A stretch of DNA of 64,000 nucleotides, from NCBI GenBank assembly GCA_043228905.1, contig JBHGNT010000007.1, positions 8,866,001 to 8,930,000 on the forward strand, written 5' to 3'. The stretch comes from Azolla caroliniana. Its lineage: Eukaryota; Plantae; Polypodiophyta. Below are positions 11,367 to 23,346 of this stretch, one piece after another. How positions within the stretch are numbered: the first letter of the stretch is position 1; every line of letters begins with the position of its first letter. The notes under the pieces were generated by a model, which saw only the letters and a program-made list of their open reading frames with translations, was not told the DNA's origin and did not search any database. Both the position numbers and the translations under genes were made by a program.

Positions 11367-13206
11367 AAACAAATGAGTGTATATGATAAATACAATTTTA
11401 CATAGTTACATAATACTTACATTCAGAAAGGCTCGAAAGAATGAGCTTTATGACAACCCTACCATGTTCGTACATTTATATTCAAGAATGTGTTAGATCA
11501 AAAGTCTCTTGTATGATGTATATAGGCAATGCTTTCACATTGTGCTTAAGCGTGTAACATCTCGTTCTTAGTCATCAATACAATGTAACAAAATCATGTC
11601 ATGAAGCTTATATATACACATGTATGGAAGATATACAACCCCATGTGGAATTTTGTTTATTGATCATAAATGTATTTGAAATCCAATCTTCAAAAATTAA
11701 CTACGGCACTTTATTGGTTGCATGCCGTACAAAATCTTATGTGAGTGAAATCTACAATAAAGTATAATGATGCAATAGGTTTTATATGGTTTCTAGCTAG
11801 GATTTTTCCTTTTTTATACAAAATGTTGGAAAATGTAGGTCCTCACAAGTTACTATCAACTAGCATGCATGTTATAAGTTCGTAATTGATGCCCCATTGC
11901 TTAGCTAGGTTTTGGCCAATGTTTGTACTATTTTGCGTGAAACCCAATTTTTAGTGTGATTAAGGAAATGCTAGGGGGAAACTTTGTTGATTCACTTTCC
12001 AAGACATGACATAATGGAAGTTTGTTCTTTGCCTAGGACAAGTTGGACAATCTAAGATCCCTTGGGCTTGATGCCTTACATATTTGCATTTAAGGCGTAA
12101 GTCTTGACAAAAAATTGAAATACTTAAATATAAGTTATTAAGGGGCACATCTCTCGCAATGGAGTGTGGTATGTGCACACATGTCGAGTACACACATGAA
12201 GACCATGTCCATGTGTTAATGATGGCTCTAGTAGTTCCCGAGTGTGCATAAACATTAAATTTCAAGGTACAATATCTCGATGTCATCGCCAAACATCTAA
12301 AGAGGTTGGCTCTTCCATGTCCAATATTGCCAATCCCAAGATAAAATGTGTCCAATGGCATATGGGGCCCCAATACAAACATATATGAAATATTCTGGAC
12401 TCAAGATCGTGTAATTGGCAATGGCATGTGCATAGTACAGACATATCAAGTAGTAGGTTCCACTTGTTTCCCAATTTGAGAACACATTTAGTTTCAAATT
12501 TTACCTTCTGAACGTTATCACCAAATGTGTACATTAAGAAAAAAGTTCACCCTCCCATGCCCACCTGTGTTTACTTCCGTACCCCAATAGGTTGGGATGC
12601 ATATTGAAGCGCCCACCATTTGAAAAAAAGGGTAATTTTCCCATATTTGAAACCTTGTATAAAATAGAGGAAAAACCTTGTGCCATTAATTTGCGCTAAA
12701 GACATGCATGCCCATGTAGGTATCTAACGTCACGAAAACTTAATGGATAGTCATTGTTCGTTAGAATGCCCATTAAATATGGACATAAGATAATTTGGTA
12801 AATTACATAAAGCCAACAATTAGAGAGTAGAATTTGTTTCTCGTAAACATGTCCACAAGATAGAGGTAACCCAGGTAGATAACCATGCGAATACTTTTGT
12901 TAAGCGCAAAAATCTAGCAAAATGAGGTCCACAATGCCTATAGCTTTTAAGGTGGATCCACATTTACACAATTTCATTCACATCTCCCAACAACAATGTT
13001 TAAGTAATATGAGTTTTTGAAGTCATTTCACTCACATTTCCCCACAAAAGTTCAATACTTTGAGCTTTTCTTTGTGAGACCCTCCTCACCTTTCCTCTTG
13101 TTTTCCACGTACTATCCAAGTTTCCACAAGCGACATACCACATGTTTCCCCGTTCCATTCCACATCCCAAGCTTTTGCTAGAAGAGGCCTTCAACATGCC
13201 TCTTTG

Positions 13207-13240
<34 letters not shown>

Positions 13241-13810
13241 TGAGAGTCGCACTCAGAGTGTGTGCATTCTCGATTGCGACATTCATTAGTAAAGTTCTTG
13301 AACTTCGAGAATCTCTGCTCACTTTCACATATACATATTATATATTCTTCATCAAATGGGTCATATTCGACCTTCAAATATGGCAATAAAATCTTTCTCC
13401 CTCTCTGTCTTCTCTCATATTTCCCTACAAACTTGAACATTCTAGGTTTATTGGCCATGGGAAGCCACATACATTTTCTATTATGTTCCCATGTTTTGTT
13501 CAAATTGCTACACTTAACATCCTTCCCCTCTTTATCTTTTGAGATGTTCGGCACTAAGACTTTCAATAGTTAGGTGTGTACGAAGCCTACAATGAATGCC
13601 CATAGGAGTACCGAGGTTCTCTTTGCGCGAACGGGCTCTTCAGCTTTCCCTACAAATCGTCCACACACGATCGAACAGAAAGCGTTTCTATGCATGCGGA
13701 GGAAGAAGCGCTTCCGAGCAAAGGAGACAACATCGTCGTCGTCGTGACATAAATTCATGTTCGACGGAAATCAAAACTAATAGAGAGCAAGAGCACGAGA
13801 GGGGGGGAAT

Positions 13811-13829
13811 GTATACATACATACATACA

Positions 13830-13865
<36 letters not shown>

Positions 13866-14190
13866 TATATATATGTATGTATGTATGTATGTATATCATC
13901 AGGCATGTGTATACATATGTATACATATGAATGTATGTGATGGTGATGGTGATGATGGTGACGTGAGGGATGAGGAGGATACACACTATATGTAATGGGA
14001 AACTACTGTATACACAACAAATACATATACATTATACATATACATATACATATATACATATACATATACATATTCCTATACCTATAGGCTATACCTATAC
14101 CTATACATATACGTATACATATACATATACATATACGTATACGTATACGTATACATATACTGTTATACGTATAATACTGGTATACATATA
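13811..14190. repeat. Compound microsatellite ((TACA)n, (TA)n, (TATG)n, (TATACA/TATACG)n)
   Basis: Directly visible simple repeats upstream of the TPR gene. Confidence 0.95.
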
Positions 14191-14353
14191 CTCTGATAGA
14201 TAGCTTTTGGTCTGTCTGTCTGTCTCTGATAGCCGTTACAGGAGAGCAGAGCGGAGGAGCAGAGGAGCCACAATTTCCTCTCCGCTTTGCTTTTCTTTGT
14301 TTGCTTTACCTTCTTCCTACTCCATCGCCCACATCAGGAAAGCTCCATTTACT

Positions 14354-14391
<38 letters not shown>

Positions 14392-14651
14392 AGAGTCAGT
14401 ATTATTAATTTGGTCTTCTCTGTCTTCTAGAAAGAAGTCTTTCTGCTGCTGCTGCTGCTGCTATTTTCTCCTATTCAAATCAAATCAAATCAAAATCTCT
14501 TCTATCTATCTATTCTTCATTCTCGTCTGTTCTATTTCCATTCCATTCCATTCTCTATTCATTCTCTATTCTATTCTGTTCTCCATCCATCCATCGCCCC
14601 CCACTTACCAAAAAGTTCCATCTCTTTCTCCTGTCATCTTTCTGTTTTCAG

Positions 14652-14653
<2 letters not shown>

Positions 14654-14707
<54 letters not shown>
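14654..14707 (+). repeat. (CT)n tract immediately before the TPR gene start codon (also 14357-14388); possible GAGA/BPC-type element
   Basis: Long CT dinucleotide run ending just before ATG 14712. The regulatory role is inference. Confidence 0.7.
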
Positions 14708-14711
<4 letters not shown>

Positions 14712-17333
14712 ATGGCGCCAAGCCTGAGAGAGCAGAAAGTGGCACAGATCTTCCACAAATTCGACAAGAACAGAGATGGGCGATTGAACCGAGACGAAAT
14801 GTCTTCTTTGGTTATCGCTGTGAACCCCAGAGTTCAGTTCAGCGATGATCAGATTGTCGCTATTCTCGACGAAGTATTCAGAACCTACGGAGAATACATT
14901 GACCCTTACAAAGGTCTGAGTTTAGAAGGTCTTCTTCAGACCTATGATGATGGAGCTGGCGATGTCGATCGAGATTTTGATGCTCTGAATCTAGCTATGA
15001 CGAAGAATCAGAAGAAAGAAGAAGAACCTGAAGGAGAAGGAACAGATAAAGATGACGCGGAAGAAGACAAGTCCGATGCTGTCTCTTCCTCTGGAGATGA
15101 CAGGAACCCTAACCTTAAATGTGTTCCTAACCCTAATCTTCCCGTCAGAAGGAAGAGAAGTGTTGGATCATGGGCTGGATCGCCCAAGAATGGTATTGCT
15201 TATGATGATACGTGGCGGTTAGTTGAAGATCTTGAGATGCTCATCAGAAGGTTGGAGATGAAAATGGAAGCAAAATTAAACAGAAAGCTCAAGAAGCTTC
15301 CATATCTCTCCTCTTTTGGTCTCTCCAGAAGAGACCTGGTGAGTTTCTCTGATAGAAAACCTTCGTCAGAGATGGGCTTTTCTGAGAAGAAGTCCCCTTC
15401 TGAGATGGTTTCCTCAGAGAAGAAATCGTCATTGTCGCCACCATCAACTGTCGAGGTTTTGATGAATAGAAGAAGGCCATGGGAGGAACTTGGAGTAGAC
15501 TACACAAATTTTCTGAAAGGATTGGCTGCCATAAGAGAGAAAGCAAACTCCACAAGAACACAAGAAGAAGCTTTCGATGCTCACATGGCCATAGGAAGGT
15601 CCCTCTTTGATCACAGGCTATACAAGGAAGCACTACTGAGCTTCCAGAAAGCATCTGAACTGAAGCCAACAGATGTCCGCCCGCATTTCCAGTGTGGGAA
15701 TGCATTATATTCTCTCTTCCGAATCTCCGAAGCTCGGGAATCTTACATGTTGGCTCTCGAGGCGGGCGAGATCGGTGCAGGTCAATGGAATAGTATCTTA
15801 CCTCAAATTCATGTGAACTTAGGGATTGCTCTCGAAGGAGAAGGCATGTTGTTGAGCGCGAGCGAACACTACAAAGAGGCGGCGATACGAGAGCCCAAGC
15901 ATTTCCGAGCTCTCAAGCATCTCGGGAGCGCCTTGTATGGTTGTGGGGAGTTTAAAGCTGCGAAGAAGGCCCTTAATGAAGCTATTTTCTTGAATCCCGA
16001 GTATTCGGATGCTCATTGTGATCTCGGATCGACATTACATGCATTAGGAGATCATGATGAAGCTATCAAAGAGTTTGAAAAGGCCATCGAGCTAAAGCAC
16101 GATCATATCGAAGCCATATTTAACCTGGCTACTTTGTATAAGGACACTGGGAAGTTCCAGAGGGCAGCTGATACATATGGTAGAGTTTTGGCATTGGAAG
16201 GTAATCATTGGCGAGCTGAGCTCAATCGGGCTGTTTCTTTGCTAGGGGCCGGCCATGTCGAAGAGGCTAAGAAAGCATTCAAATTGGCGTATAAGATGAC
16301 TAGGAGGTCAGAGCTATATGAAGCTATAGTTCATTTAAAGCAAATGGAGAGGAGGCCCAAGGGTCTTTCTGGTTTTCTTAGGAGAGGAGAAGAGAATGGC
16401 GGTATGGTCGGGGAGAGCTTCCGGGCGTCCGAAGAGAATTCAGTAACTATCAGCATCTCGAGGATTCGAAGAGCAAATGCGCAAACTACACCTTGCTTAT
16501 GGCTTGCAAGAGCACTTGAGATTAGGAAACTTCAAAGGTCAACTAGATTGAACAAGCTCGATACTTTGAGTGTGAAGAAGGAGATTGTTCAGAGCAATCT
16601 TCCAGTATCATCTTCGGGTATTGGAACTGCCGAGAAATCCATACGAAAAGAGGCACTAGAGAAGGTGTTAAGGAAGTTACTTCATTTCCTCAGCCCCGAA
16701 GCTTTCCAAGGATCGATGAAATCGATTAATGAGAAGGTACTAACTCTCCTGGACACCTCTGAATCGGGAAGAGTTGATTTGGGAATGGTTTTCGCGATGC
16801 TTGCCCCACTATGTGGGGGTTCATTAGACAAGAGGAAACGCATCGCATTCGATGCTTTGGTGTGGAGGTCGTCAGAGAATCGAGGTGGAGAAATCTCTAG
16901 AGAAGATGCTCACCACTACATAAGAACCTTGAGGTTAGCTTACTTCCCAGCTCAAGAGCACAATGATTCAATGCAAGAAAGTGTGGAAGGAGGAGAAGAT
17001 CGAGAGGCGAGTATCTCGTATCCCGAATTTATAGAGCTCTTTGATGATCTCGAATCAGGTTTTGGCGTTTTGAACATATTGGCAAGGCTAGAGGTACAGG
17101 ACCGTGTCCGTCGTGGCCGACATTCTTGCTCCGTGTGTTTGTACCCTATCATGGGATCTCGTTTCAAAGAGGTTAGGGCTGGTTTTAGTCTCTGCTCCAT
17201 TTGTTATAGTAGTGGTAAAGTGCCCCTAGCTTCGAAACAAGAAGAATATTGCTTTAAGGAGTATCATAGCGATGTAGAGTCTGTGAAAGGCCGGTTTAAA
17301 TTCTTCCGAGCTCGATCATCGTCCGATTCGTAA
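14712..17333 (+). CDS. Calcium-binding EF-hand / TPR-repeat / ZZ zinc-finger protein (Arabidopsis At1g05150/At2g32450-like), intronless, 873 aa
   Basis: N-terminal EF-hand FDKNRDGRLNRDE; motif LLQTYDDGAGDVDRDF; several TPRs (AFDAHMAIGRSL, PQIHVNLGIALEGEG, DAHCDLGSTLH); second EF-like LDTSESGRVDLG; C-terminal CSVCLYP...CSICYS. Confidence 0.93.
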   Translation: MAPSLREQKVAQIFHKFDKNRDGRLNRDEMSSLVIAVNPRVQFSDDQIVAILDEVFRTYGEYIDPYKGLSLEGLLQTYDDGAGDVDRDFDALNLAMTKNQKKEEEPEGEGTDKDDAEEDKSDAVSSSGDDRNPNLKCVPNPNLPVRRKRSVGSWAGSPKNGIAYDDTWRLVEDLEMLIRRLEMKMEAKLNRKLKKLPYLSSFGLSRRDLVSFSDRKPSSEMGFSEKKSPSEMVSSEKKSSLSPPSTVEVLMNRRRPWEELGVDYTNFLKGLAAIREKANSTRTQEEAFDAHMAIGRSLFDHRLYKEALLSFQKASELKPTDVRPHFQCGNALYSLFRISEARESYMLALEAGEIGAGQWNSILPQIHVNLGIALEGEGMLLSASEHYKEAAIREPKHFRALKHLGSALYGCGEFKAAKKALNEAIFLNPEYSDAHCDLGSTLHALGDHDEAIKEFEKAIELKHDHIEAIFNLATLYKDTGKFQRAADTYGRVLALEGNHWRAELNRAVSLLGAGHVEEAKKAFKLAYKMTRRSELYEAIVHLKQMERRPKGLSGFLRRGEENGGMVGESFRASEENSVTISISRIRRANAQTTPCLWLARALEIRKLQRSTRLNKLDTLSVKKEIVQSNLPVSSSGIGTAEKSIRKEALEKVLRKLLHFLSPEAFQGSMKSINEKVLTLLDTSESGRVDLGMVFAMLAPLCGGSLDKRKRIAFDALVWRSSENRGGEISREDAHHYIRTLRLAYFPAQEHNDSMQESVEGGEDREASISYPEFIELFDDLESGFGVLNILARLEVQDRVRRGRHSCSVCLYPIMGSRFKEVRAGFSLCSICYSSGKVPLASKQEEYCFKEYHSDVESVKGRFKFFRARSSSDS

Positions 17334-18154
17334 TTTTGAGCAAATGGAAAGGAAAAGAAACCCCCAAGGTTTGTAAGTAAGTAAAACAATGGTCTCAAAA
17401 GGGAAGACCAAATGTTGATTTATAGATAGCACTTTCCTCATGGAGATGGCAATTGAATTGGCAAATTTATTATTTATGCAAGTTGTAAAGTTCAACACTT
17501 TTTGTATATATATTACACGTGTTGATGGCCCCATTTCAAATGATTTCATGATAGATTGTAATTACTTGGGTTGCTGCACACTATTAAATCGACACGGCTA
17601 TTTCATAATCATGTTAGAAGCGCGCTTTCACATCTTTTTATCTTCATCATAAATGTCTCTTTTGTGAAGAATCTCAATCGACTTATTGCCATAAAGTGCC
17701 AAGTTATAAAATGGAGAATATATTCTTGAAATAGTAATCAAAGGAAATTTCAATATCGTAATGCAATAAATCCAATGGAAATGATGCTTTGGGGATTGAT
17801 TCAGATGCAGAAGTGCTACTTATAGTATGCATGAGTAATTAGCTTAGTTTGTGAACTATGAATAGTACACACTAAAAGTCAAAACGCAGTTGATCCTACA
17901 AGAAAATATGGCTATTACGAAAAACATTTAATTATTTTTTGGCTAAGCCTTGATCAGGCATCAAATCAATAAATCATGGTTCTCAATCAAAGGTTCCCTT
18001 TGGTGAGTACCCCCCACTAGGAATTACCAACGTGAATAAACTGCTTTCTTGCTTGCTCTTCCTACTTAAACCATAGCTACAAAACCAAAAATGTCACAAT
18101 AAAACAAAGTTTTAATGTGTAACTGTAGTATTGGACAAATTTTGTTTTTTTCCA

Positions 18155-20335
18155 TCAGCTGTAATACTGGGCATAAATATTTGACATCATAACATAAGTT
18201 GTTGCATCTTCAGGTTGCAAAGCCAAAGCTTTTTCGAACACTTGCTGAGCTAGGTGTAGGTTTGTGTGCCGACCACATGCCCCGAGCAATCCTAACCACA
18301 AGGACAAATCAGTACCAACAGGCATCCTTTTCAATACATTTTCTACCATTCCAAAATTGCCAGTTCGGCCTAGAAGATCTAGCAAAATAGCATAGTGCTT
18401 CATATTCGGGACTATGTTATAATCTCTAGCCATAGAGACAAAGCTCTGAAACCCTGCATCAAATAGACCACTATGATTGCATGCTGTGAGAGCTGACGCA
18501 AACATTACTGCATCAGGGCTAATTCCAAACAATACTAAACTACGAAACATTTTCCCTACTTCAAGGAAATTTCCATCTTCGGCATGACTGGCACAACAAG
18601 ATGTCCATGCAACAATGTCTGGTGCATGAAGATGATCGAACAGGTAGTGTGCATCTAGCATACAAGCACACTTTCCATAGGCATGAATCAGTGTGGCCGA
18701 GATAGATGGAATTTGATCATAATTTGCTGAAGTGAGGATGAAATGAATCTCCTCACATATGTCTAAGTTACAAGTGTTGCAGCATGCCTTTAAAATGGAC
18801 ATTAGAGTGGCATCAGTGAGTATTACCCCCCGATGAAAAGCTTGTATGCGTTTATATAGATGTGATGCTTTATCTCCAAGACCACTCTCAGCATAGACAG
18901 AGAACATCACACTCCATGTGACTACATCTGGACATGCAACCCCAGCGAACACCTCCTCTGCTTCAACTATGGCTCTACATTTTCCATATACATTTATAAG
19001 AGTGTTTGCCATGATGTTATCAAAGGAAAAGCCTTTCCTATCAAAGTCAATTTTCAATGCCTTAGCAATCTCTAAAGATATCTCTTTACTCGATTGGCCA
19101 TATAGTTGTTGCTTATCTACGAGGATGGAACAAGCTTGCAGGGTAGCTACAAATGTGAGCTCATCAGGATTTACACCCTCCCCTAGCATTTTCATGTAGT
19201 AGTGTAACCCTTTCTCTCCTTCATTTTGCTCAATGCATGCTGAAAGCATAGATGTCCATGATACCACATCTTGTCGGGTTGATGCAACAAGTAAACTCTC
19301 GGCTTCTTTAATTGCCCCACATTTACCATACATACTTACCAGGGCATTGCCAACAAAAACATCGTACAAAAGCCCTTTTCTCTTGGCATATGCATGCAAT
19401 GCTTGTCCAATCTCCAAATCTCTGGCATTTAAGAACTCTCTATCCTTATCAGAAACTTTTTCCATAGGTTTGTCTATGTCGGCAATATGGCCACCCAAGG
19501 CTTGAAAGATGGACATAAGAGTGCGTGAGTCAGGCTCTTTGCTTTCCTCTAGCATTTGCCTATATAGTCTTAAAGCCTTCTCTCCTTGACAATGGTCAAC
19601 AAATGCCAATAGTATAGCATTCCATGAGATTGTATCTCGACTTCGCATCGACACAAATACATCCTCAGCATCACTAACACGCCCACATTTACCGTACATA
19701 GTTATAAGAGAGTTTCCTACAAACACATCCGACAAGAACCCTTTTTCTCTAACGTCAGAATGAAGCTTCTTTCCTAGTTTGAGGTCCTGTATGGATCCAC
19801 AAACCTTAAAAAGACTTACAAAAGTGTGAGAATCTGGATCTATACCCTCATCAAGCATAAGACCATACATTCGGAGGGCTTTATGGGCGTGTCCACAATC
19901 AACATAAGCCGCGATAATGGCCGTCCATGAGAAGACTGTACGACGCGCCAAAGAATGAGAGACATGGACAGCTTCTTCGACATCACCACATTTGGCGAGG
20001 GTTACAACAAGGTAATCTCCGAGGAGACCCGACAAATCCATGCCACTCTTGGTGGCAGTAATGTGATGATAGACTTGTTTTGCAGATAAAAGGTCCTTCT
20101 TTCTATTGCAGGTCTTGAGAAAGCACATGTAGGTAGAATTGGAGGGAGAGGTGTCAATAGTGGAGAGAAGAGAGAGAGCTTTCTGAATGTGCCCTCTCTC
20201 GCAGAGGGAACAGAGGAGGTGTTCATCATTGTCATCTCTGGTGCTAAAGACTTCTTCATAAGGTCTAGTAGAGCTTGATCTGGAATATATTCTTGTTCTT
20301 TGCCTCGCTTTCAGCAATGAGAATATATTTCTCAT
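18155..20335 (-). CDS. PLS-class pentatricopeptide-repeat protein ending in a partial E domain (no DYW); candidate organellar RNA-editing specificity factor
   Basis: Repeated VFVGNSLITMYGKCG / DVVSWTSMLSA / PDELTFVATLQAC motifs; HYAILLDLLGRTG; WLGLLGAC; E1-like YVMMSNIYA then stop. The Arg/Ser-rich N-terminus resembles a transit peptide. Confidence 0.93.
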   Translation of the reverse strand: MRNIFSLLKARQRTRIYSRSSSTRPYEEVFSTRDDNDEHLLCSLCERGHIQKALSLLSTIDTSPSNSTYMCFLKTCNRKKDLLSAKQVYHHITATKSGMDLSGLLGDYLVVTLAKCGDVEEAVHVSHSLARRTVFSWTAIIAAYVDCGHAHKALRMYGLMLDEGIDPDSHTFVSLFKVCGSIQDLKLGKKLHSDVREKGFLSDVFVGNSLITMYGKCGRVSDAEDVFVSMRSRDTISWNAILLAFVDHCQGEKALRLYRQMLEESKEPDSRTLMSIFQALGGHIADIDKPMEKVSDKDREFLNARDLEIGQALHAYAKRKGLLYDVFVGNALVSMYGKCGAIKEAESLLVASTRQDVVSWTSMLSACIEQNEGEKGLHYYMKMLGEGVNPDELTFVATLQACSILVDKQQLYGQSSKEISLEIAKALKIDFDRKGFSFDNIMANTLINVYGKCRAIVEAEEVFAGVACPDVVTWSVMFSVYAESGLGDKASHLYKRIQAFHRGVILTDATLMSILKACCNTCNLDICEEIHFILTSANYDQIPSISATLIHAYGKCACMLDAHYLFDHLHAPDIVAWTSCCASHAEDGNFLEVGKMFRSLVLFGISPDAVMFASALTACNHSGLFDAGFQSFVSMARDYNIVPNMKHYAILLDLLGRTGNFGMVENVLKRMPVGTDLSLWLGLLGACGRHTNLHLAQQVFEKALALQPEDATTYVMMSNIYAQYYS

Positions 20336-20409
20336 CTATCTGCTGCCATTTCCTCGTGTCAAAAACCTCACAATCAAGAAGAAGTCATGTAGGTAGGTTT
20401 CCTATCTCC

Positions 20410-20700
20410 TCGGAATCGGTAACGGTTCCGTTCGGTTTTGGCTTAACCGGTTTGGCCTTGTCCAAGCCAAACCAGTTAAGTTAACCGGTTTGGGAGTTTC
20501 CAACCTCCGGTTTAAGCCAAGCTTATTAAGCCTTAACCGGTTTGGCCCAAATTGGTTTGGTTCGGCTTGAGCCACCCCAAAGCGAGCTCAAACCAGTTAA
20601 GGAAGCCCAAGCCTAAACCGAACTGAACTAAACCGCTAAACCGTTAAAAATTAGTTTAATGGTTCTGTTCAAGCTTGAGCCGGGCCGTTGTCAATTCCTA
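20410..20700. mobile_element. Putative hAT-type MITE (~290 bp) with many AAACCG/CGGTT subterminal repeats
   Basis: Imperfect terminal inverted repeats tcggaatcggtaacgg... / ...ccgttgtcaattccta; dense aaccggtt/aaaccg motifs. No clean TSD. Confidence 0.5.
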
Positions 20701-21163
20701 CAATAGTTATCTCCTCTTTGCCTTGTTCGCTAAGACATGGTATGTGAATAACGTTTTTATTACTCGAGCCTTGCTAGGTAAATTCCAGGAGAAGAGTGTT
20801 CTACTCCTTTTCTTGCTAATAATCGCCTAATGTGGTGCCTTAATGAGGTTTTATGAGAAGGGTTGGTCTTGAACACCCTTCGAATGTAGTAATTAAATCA
20901 CGAGCAAGTGCGGGTCGTAGATCGATGTTTGGTGATGAGGAATGATATAGGAGGAACGAGGAAGTGATGAGGTTCGGTTAGGAGGAATATCTAGCATGGA
21001 TGTAATAAAAAATGTCCATTGTTTTCTCTTTGTTGGATATTTCTTTCTTTTTCTATTTTATTGTAATTAGCTTACCCTAGTGGTAAGTTGTTGCACTCAA
21101 GCAATACAAGTTTTTCTCACCTCTCTATTAGATACTTCATACATGTCTCTTAATATCATTAGA

Positions 21164-21243
21164 TGCCATTGTGGAATGTAGGGGTTCAACCCATGATATC
21201 TTGGTTTCCACTGGGCAACCTTACCAACTGAGCTACATCCATT
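21164..21243 (-). other. tRNA-like module (A/B boxes), same family as 33177-33260; probable LTR 5' fragment or SINE head
   Basis: Minus strand reads GGATGTAGCTCAGTTGGTAAG...CATGGGTTGAACCCCTACATTCC. Confidence 0.6.
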
Positions 21244-22548
21244 TGGGCTCTCTCTCTCACTTAATCTTCACACAACCCATACATACCCTTGATCAATTCG
21301 TCGAAATGGTTCAGATAGGAGTGGGTATATAATGAAGGTGCACACTTTACAGAGATGGTGGATCACAAAGATTAGTAAGAGATATCATTCATAAAAAAGA
21401 TTAATTAAGAGTTTACAACAAAACATGTGAGATAGTTGACACTCTTATTGAATACAAAAGAAAAGATAATAGGAGTATAGCCCAAAATTCTCTCTCTACT
21501 TGATTTTTCGAAAGTAATATTTATACATGTCATTCTCAAAGGTAATGCTTGTGTACCTTCTTGATATTAGATGTGGATTGATTGTTTGCGCACTCATTAT
21601 GGGATCAAACAAAGTAGCTAATATAGAGGCCTAACTCGCATACCAATCCAACACCCAACAACATTTTACAAGTAGTTCGAAATAGGCCTCAAGTCAAATG
21701 CATTTATAGCTTCCTTGATGGATAAAATATAGAAATAGGGTAAGTGGTAGTTTGAGAACCAACTTCCCATCGAATTCTATTTCTCAACGAAAGACTTGCA
21801 GTGATTGTTTTCTCCAAAAATGGAGCCTAATTCATACATTCATTCAAAGTTAGTACTTACTTTCTTGACATTGCGTCTAGATTTATTATACTTGTTATGG
21901 GCACAATCTACACCGCACTACCAAAGTCTCCAACAGAAAGGCTCGACTCATGAAATAGAGCCCAGATGTGTTCTTGACATGAGCCCCAAGGAATTCTATG
22001 TGGATTCATCTAGTGCGAGGGCAAGCATTATGGGCACGCCGCACAACTTGTACCTACACTACCAAAGTCTTTAACACAAAGGCCCAACTCATGTACCAAC
22101 ACCCAAGTATATATTTTTTTTCCAAAAAAAACACCCAAGTATATTTAACAAGCTAGCTGAAATAGTGCTCAAATGCTTTCTTGACATAAGCCCATGGGAA
22201 TTCTATGTTCACCATGTTCGATGTTTCCTTAATAGATACACCAAGATAAATAGGACAAGTGGTAGTGTGGATTTTTTAGAGTCACCGTCGTATTCAATTT
22301 CTCGGTGGAAGGCATATAACAAATACTTCATTTCTTAAGAAATGGCACCGAATTCATGCATCCAAGCTTACTGGATAACATGTCAAACATTATTCCCCTA
22401 AAGCTAAATGATGTTAAAATTGAAGATGGATGGTGTCTGATGGAAGTTCTAGAAGACCTATAGGACAACTATTAGATCCTCACACATCCAATAATGATAG
22501 TGTGCAATGGTTTGAAAAGACCTAGAAAGAATCAAGTATGTTACACAC

Positions 22549-23270
22549 ACACACACACATTGTTGAGATATGGTGAGTGTAAAATGGAAAAATGTTGAGA
22601 TGTCAAGTTTCACATGAAGTCAAGTTGGAGGTGAACACATGGAGAAATTGGAAGAAGAAGAAAATCAATACAACGATGAAACATAAGCTTAAATGGTGAA
22701 AGTTGGTCACTAGGTCAAATGGGTTCAAGGGTTTGATGCCCTTAAAAGTAACATTGGGGAAAATGGGATTTGAAATGTGCAAGAAAGAAGAAAGAAGAAT
22801 GGGGTAAACACACACATTGTTGAGATATGGTGAGTGTAAAATGGAAAAATGTTGAGATGTCAAGTTTCACATGAAGTTAAGTTGGAGGTGAACACATGGA
22901 GAAATTGGAAGAAGAAGAAAATCAATACAACGATGAAACATAAGCTTAAATGGTGAAAGTTGGTCACTAGGTCAAATGGGTTCAAGGGTTTGATGCCCAT
23001 TAAAAGTAACATTGGGGAAAATGGGATTTGAAATGTGCAAGAAAGAAGAATGAAGCAATGTTGAGGTGTCAAGTTTCACATGAAGTCAAGTTGGAAGTGA
23101 ACACATGGAGAAATTGGAAGAAGAAGAAAATCAATACAACGATGAAACATAAGCTTAAATGGTGAAAGTTGGTCACTAGGTCAAATGGGTTCAAGGGTTT
23201 GATGCCCTTAAAAGTAACATTGGGGAAAATGGAATTTGCAATGTGCAAGAAAGAAGAATGAAGCATGGGG
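22549..23270. repeat. Tandem triplication (periods 257 and 209 bp)
   Basis: Near-identical blocks gtcaagtttcacatgaag...gaaatgtgcaagaaagaagaa; equivalent minus-strand stop codons at 22603, 22860 and 23069. Confidence 0.9.
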
Positions 23271-23309
23271 TATATACAAAAAAAATTATGTATATTTAAC
23301 CAAATGCAC

Positions 23310-23346
23310 CTCTGGGGACTAGTGGCGGTGCCACTAGTCCCCAGAG
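23310..23346. repeat. Perfect 17-bp inverted repeat (hairpin) with 3-nt loop
   Basis: ctctggggactagtggc-ggt-gccactagtccccagag. Confidence 0.95.

Noticed and set aside
13000-14848. ORFs upstream of the TPR gene
   Set aside because: They derive from microsatellites (YTYT, SLSL, ERER runs) and have no domain content.
21560-22260. Degenerate direct repeats (ctaccaaagtct...actcatg; caacacccaa)
   Set aside because: Similarity is patchy and boundaries could not be defined by eye; likely old repeat debris.
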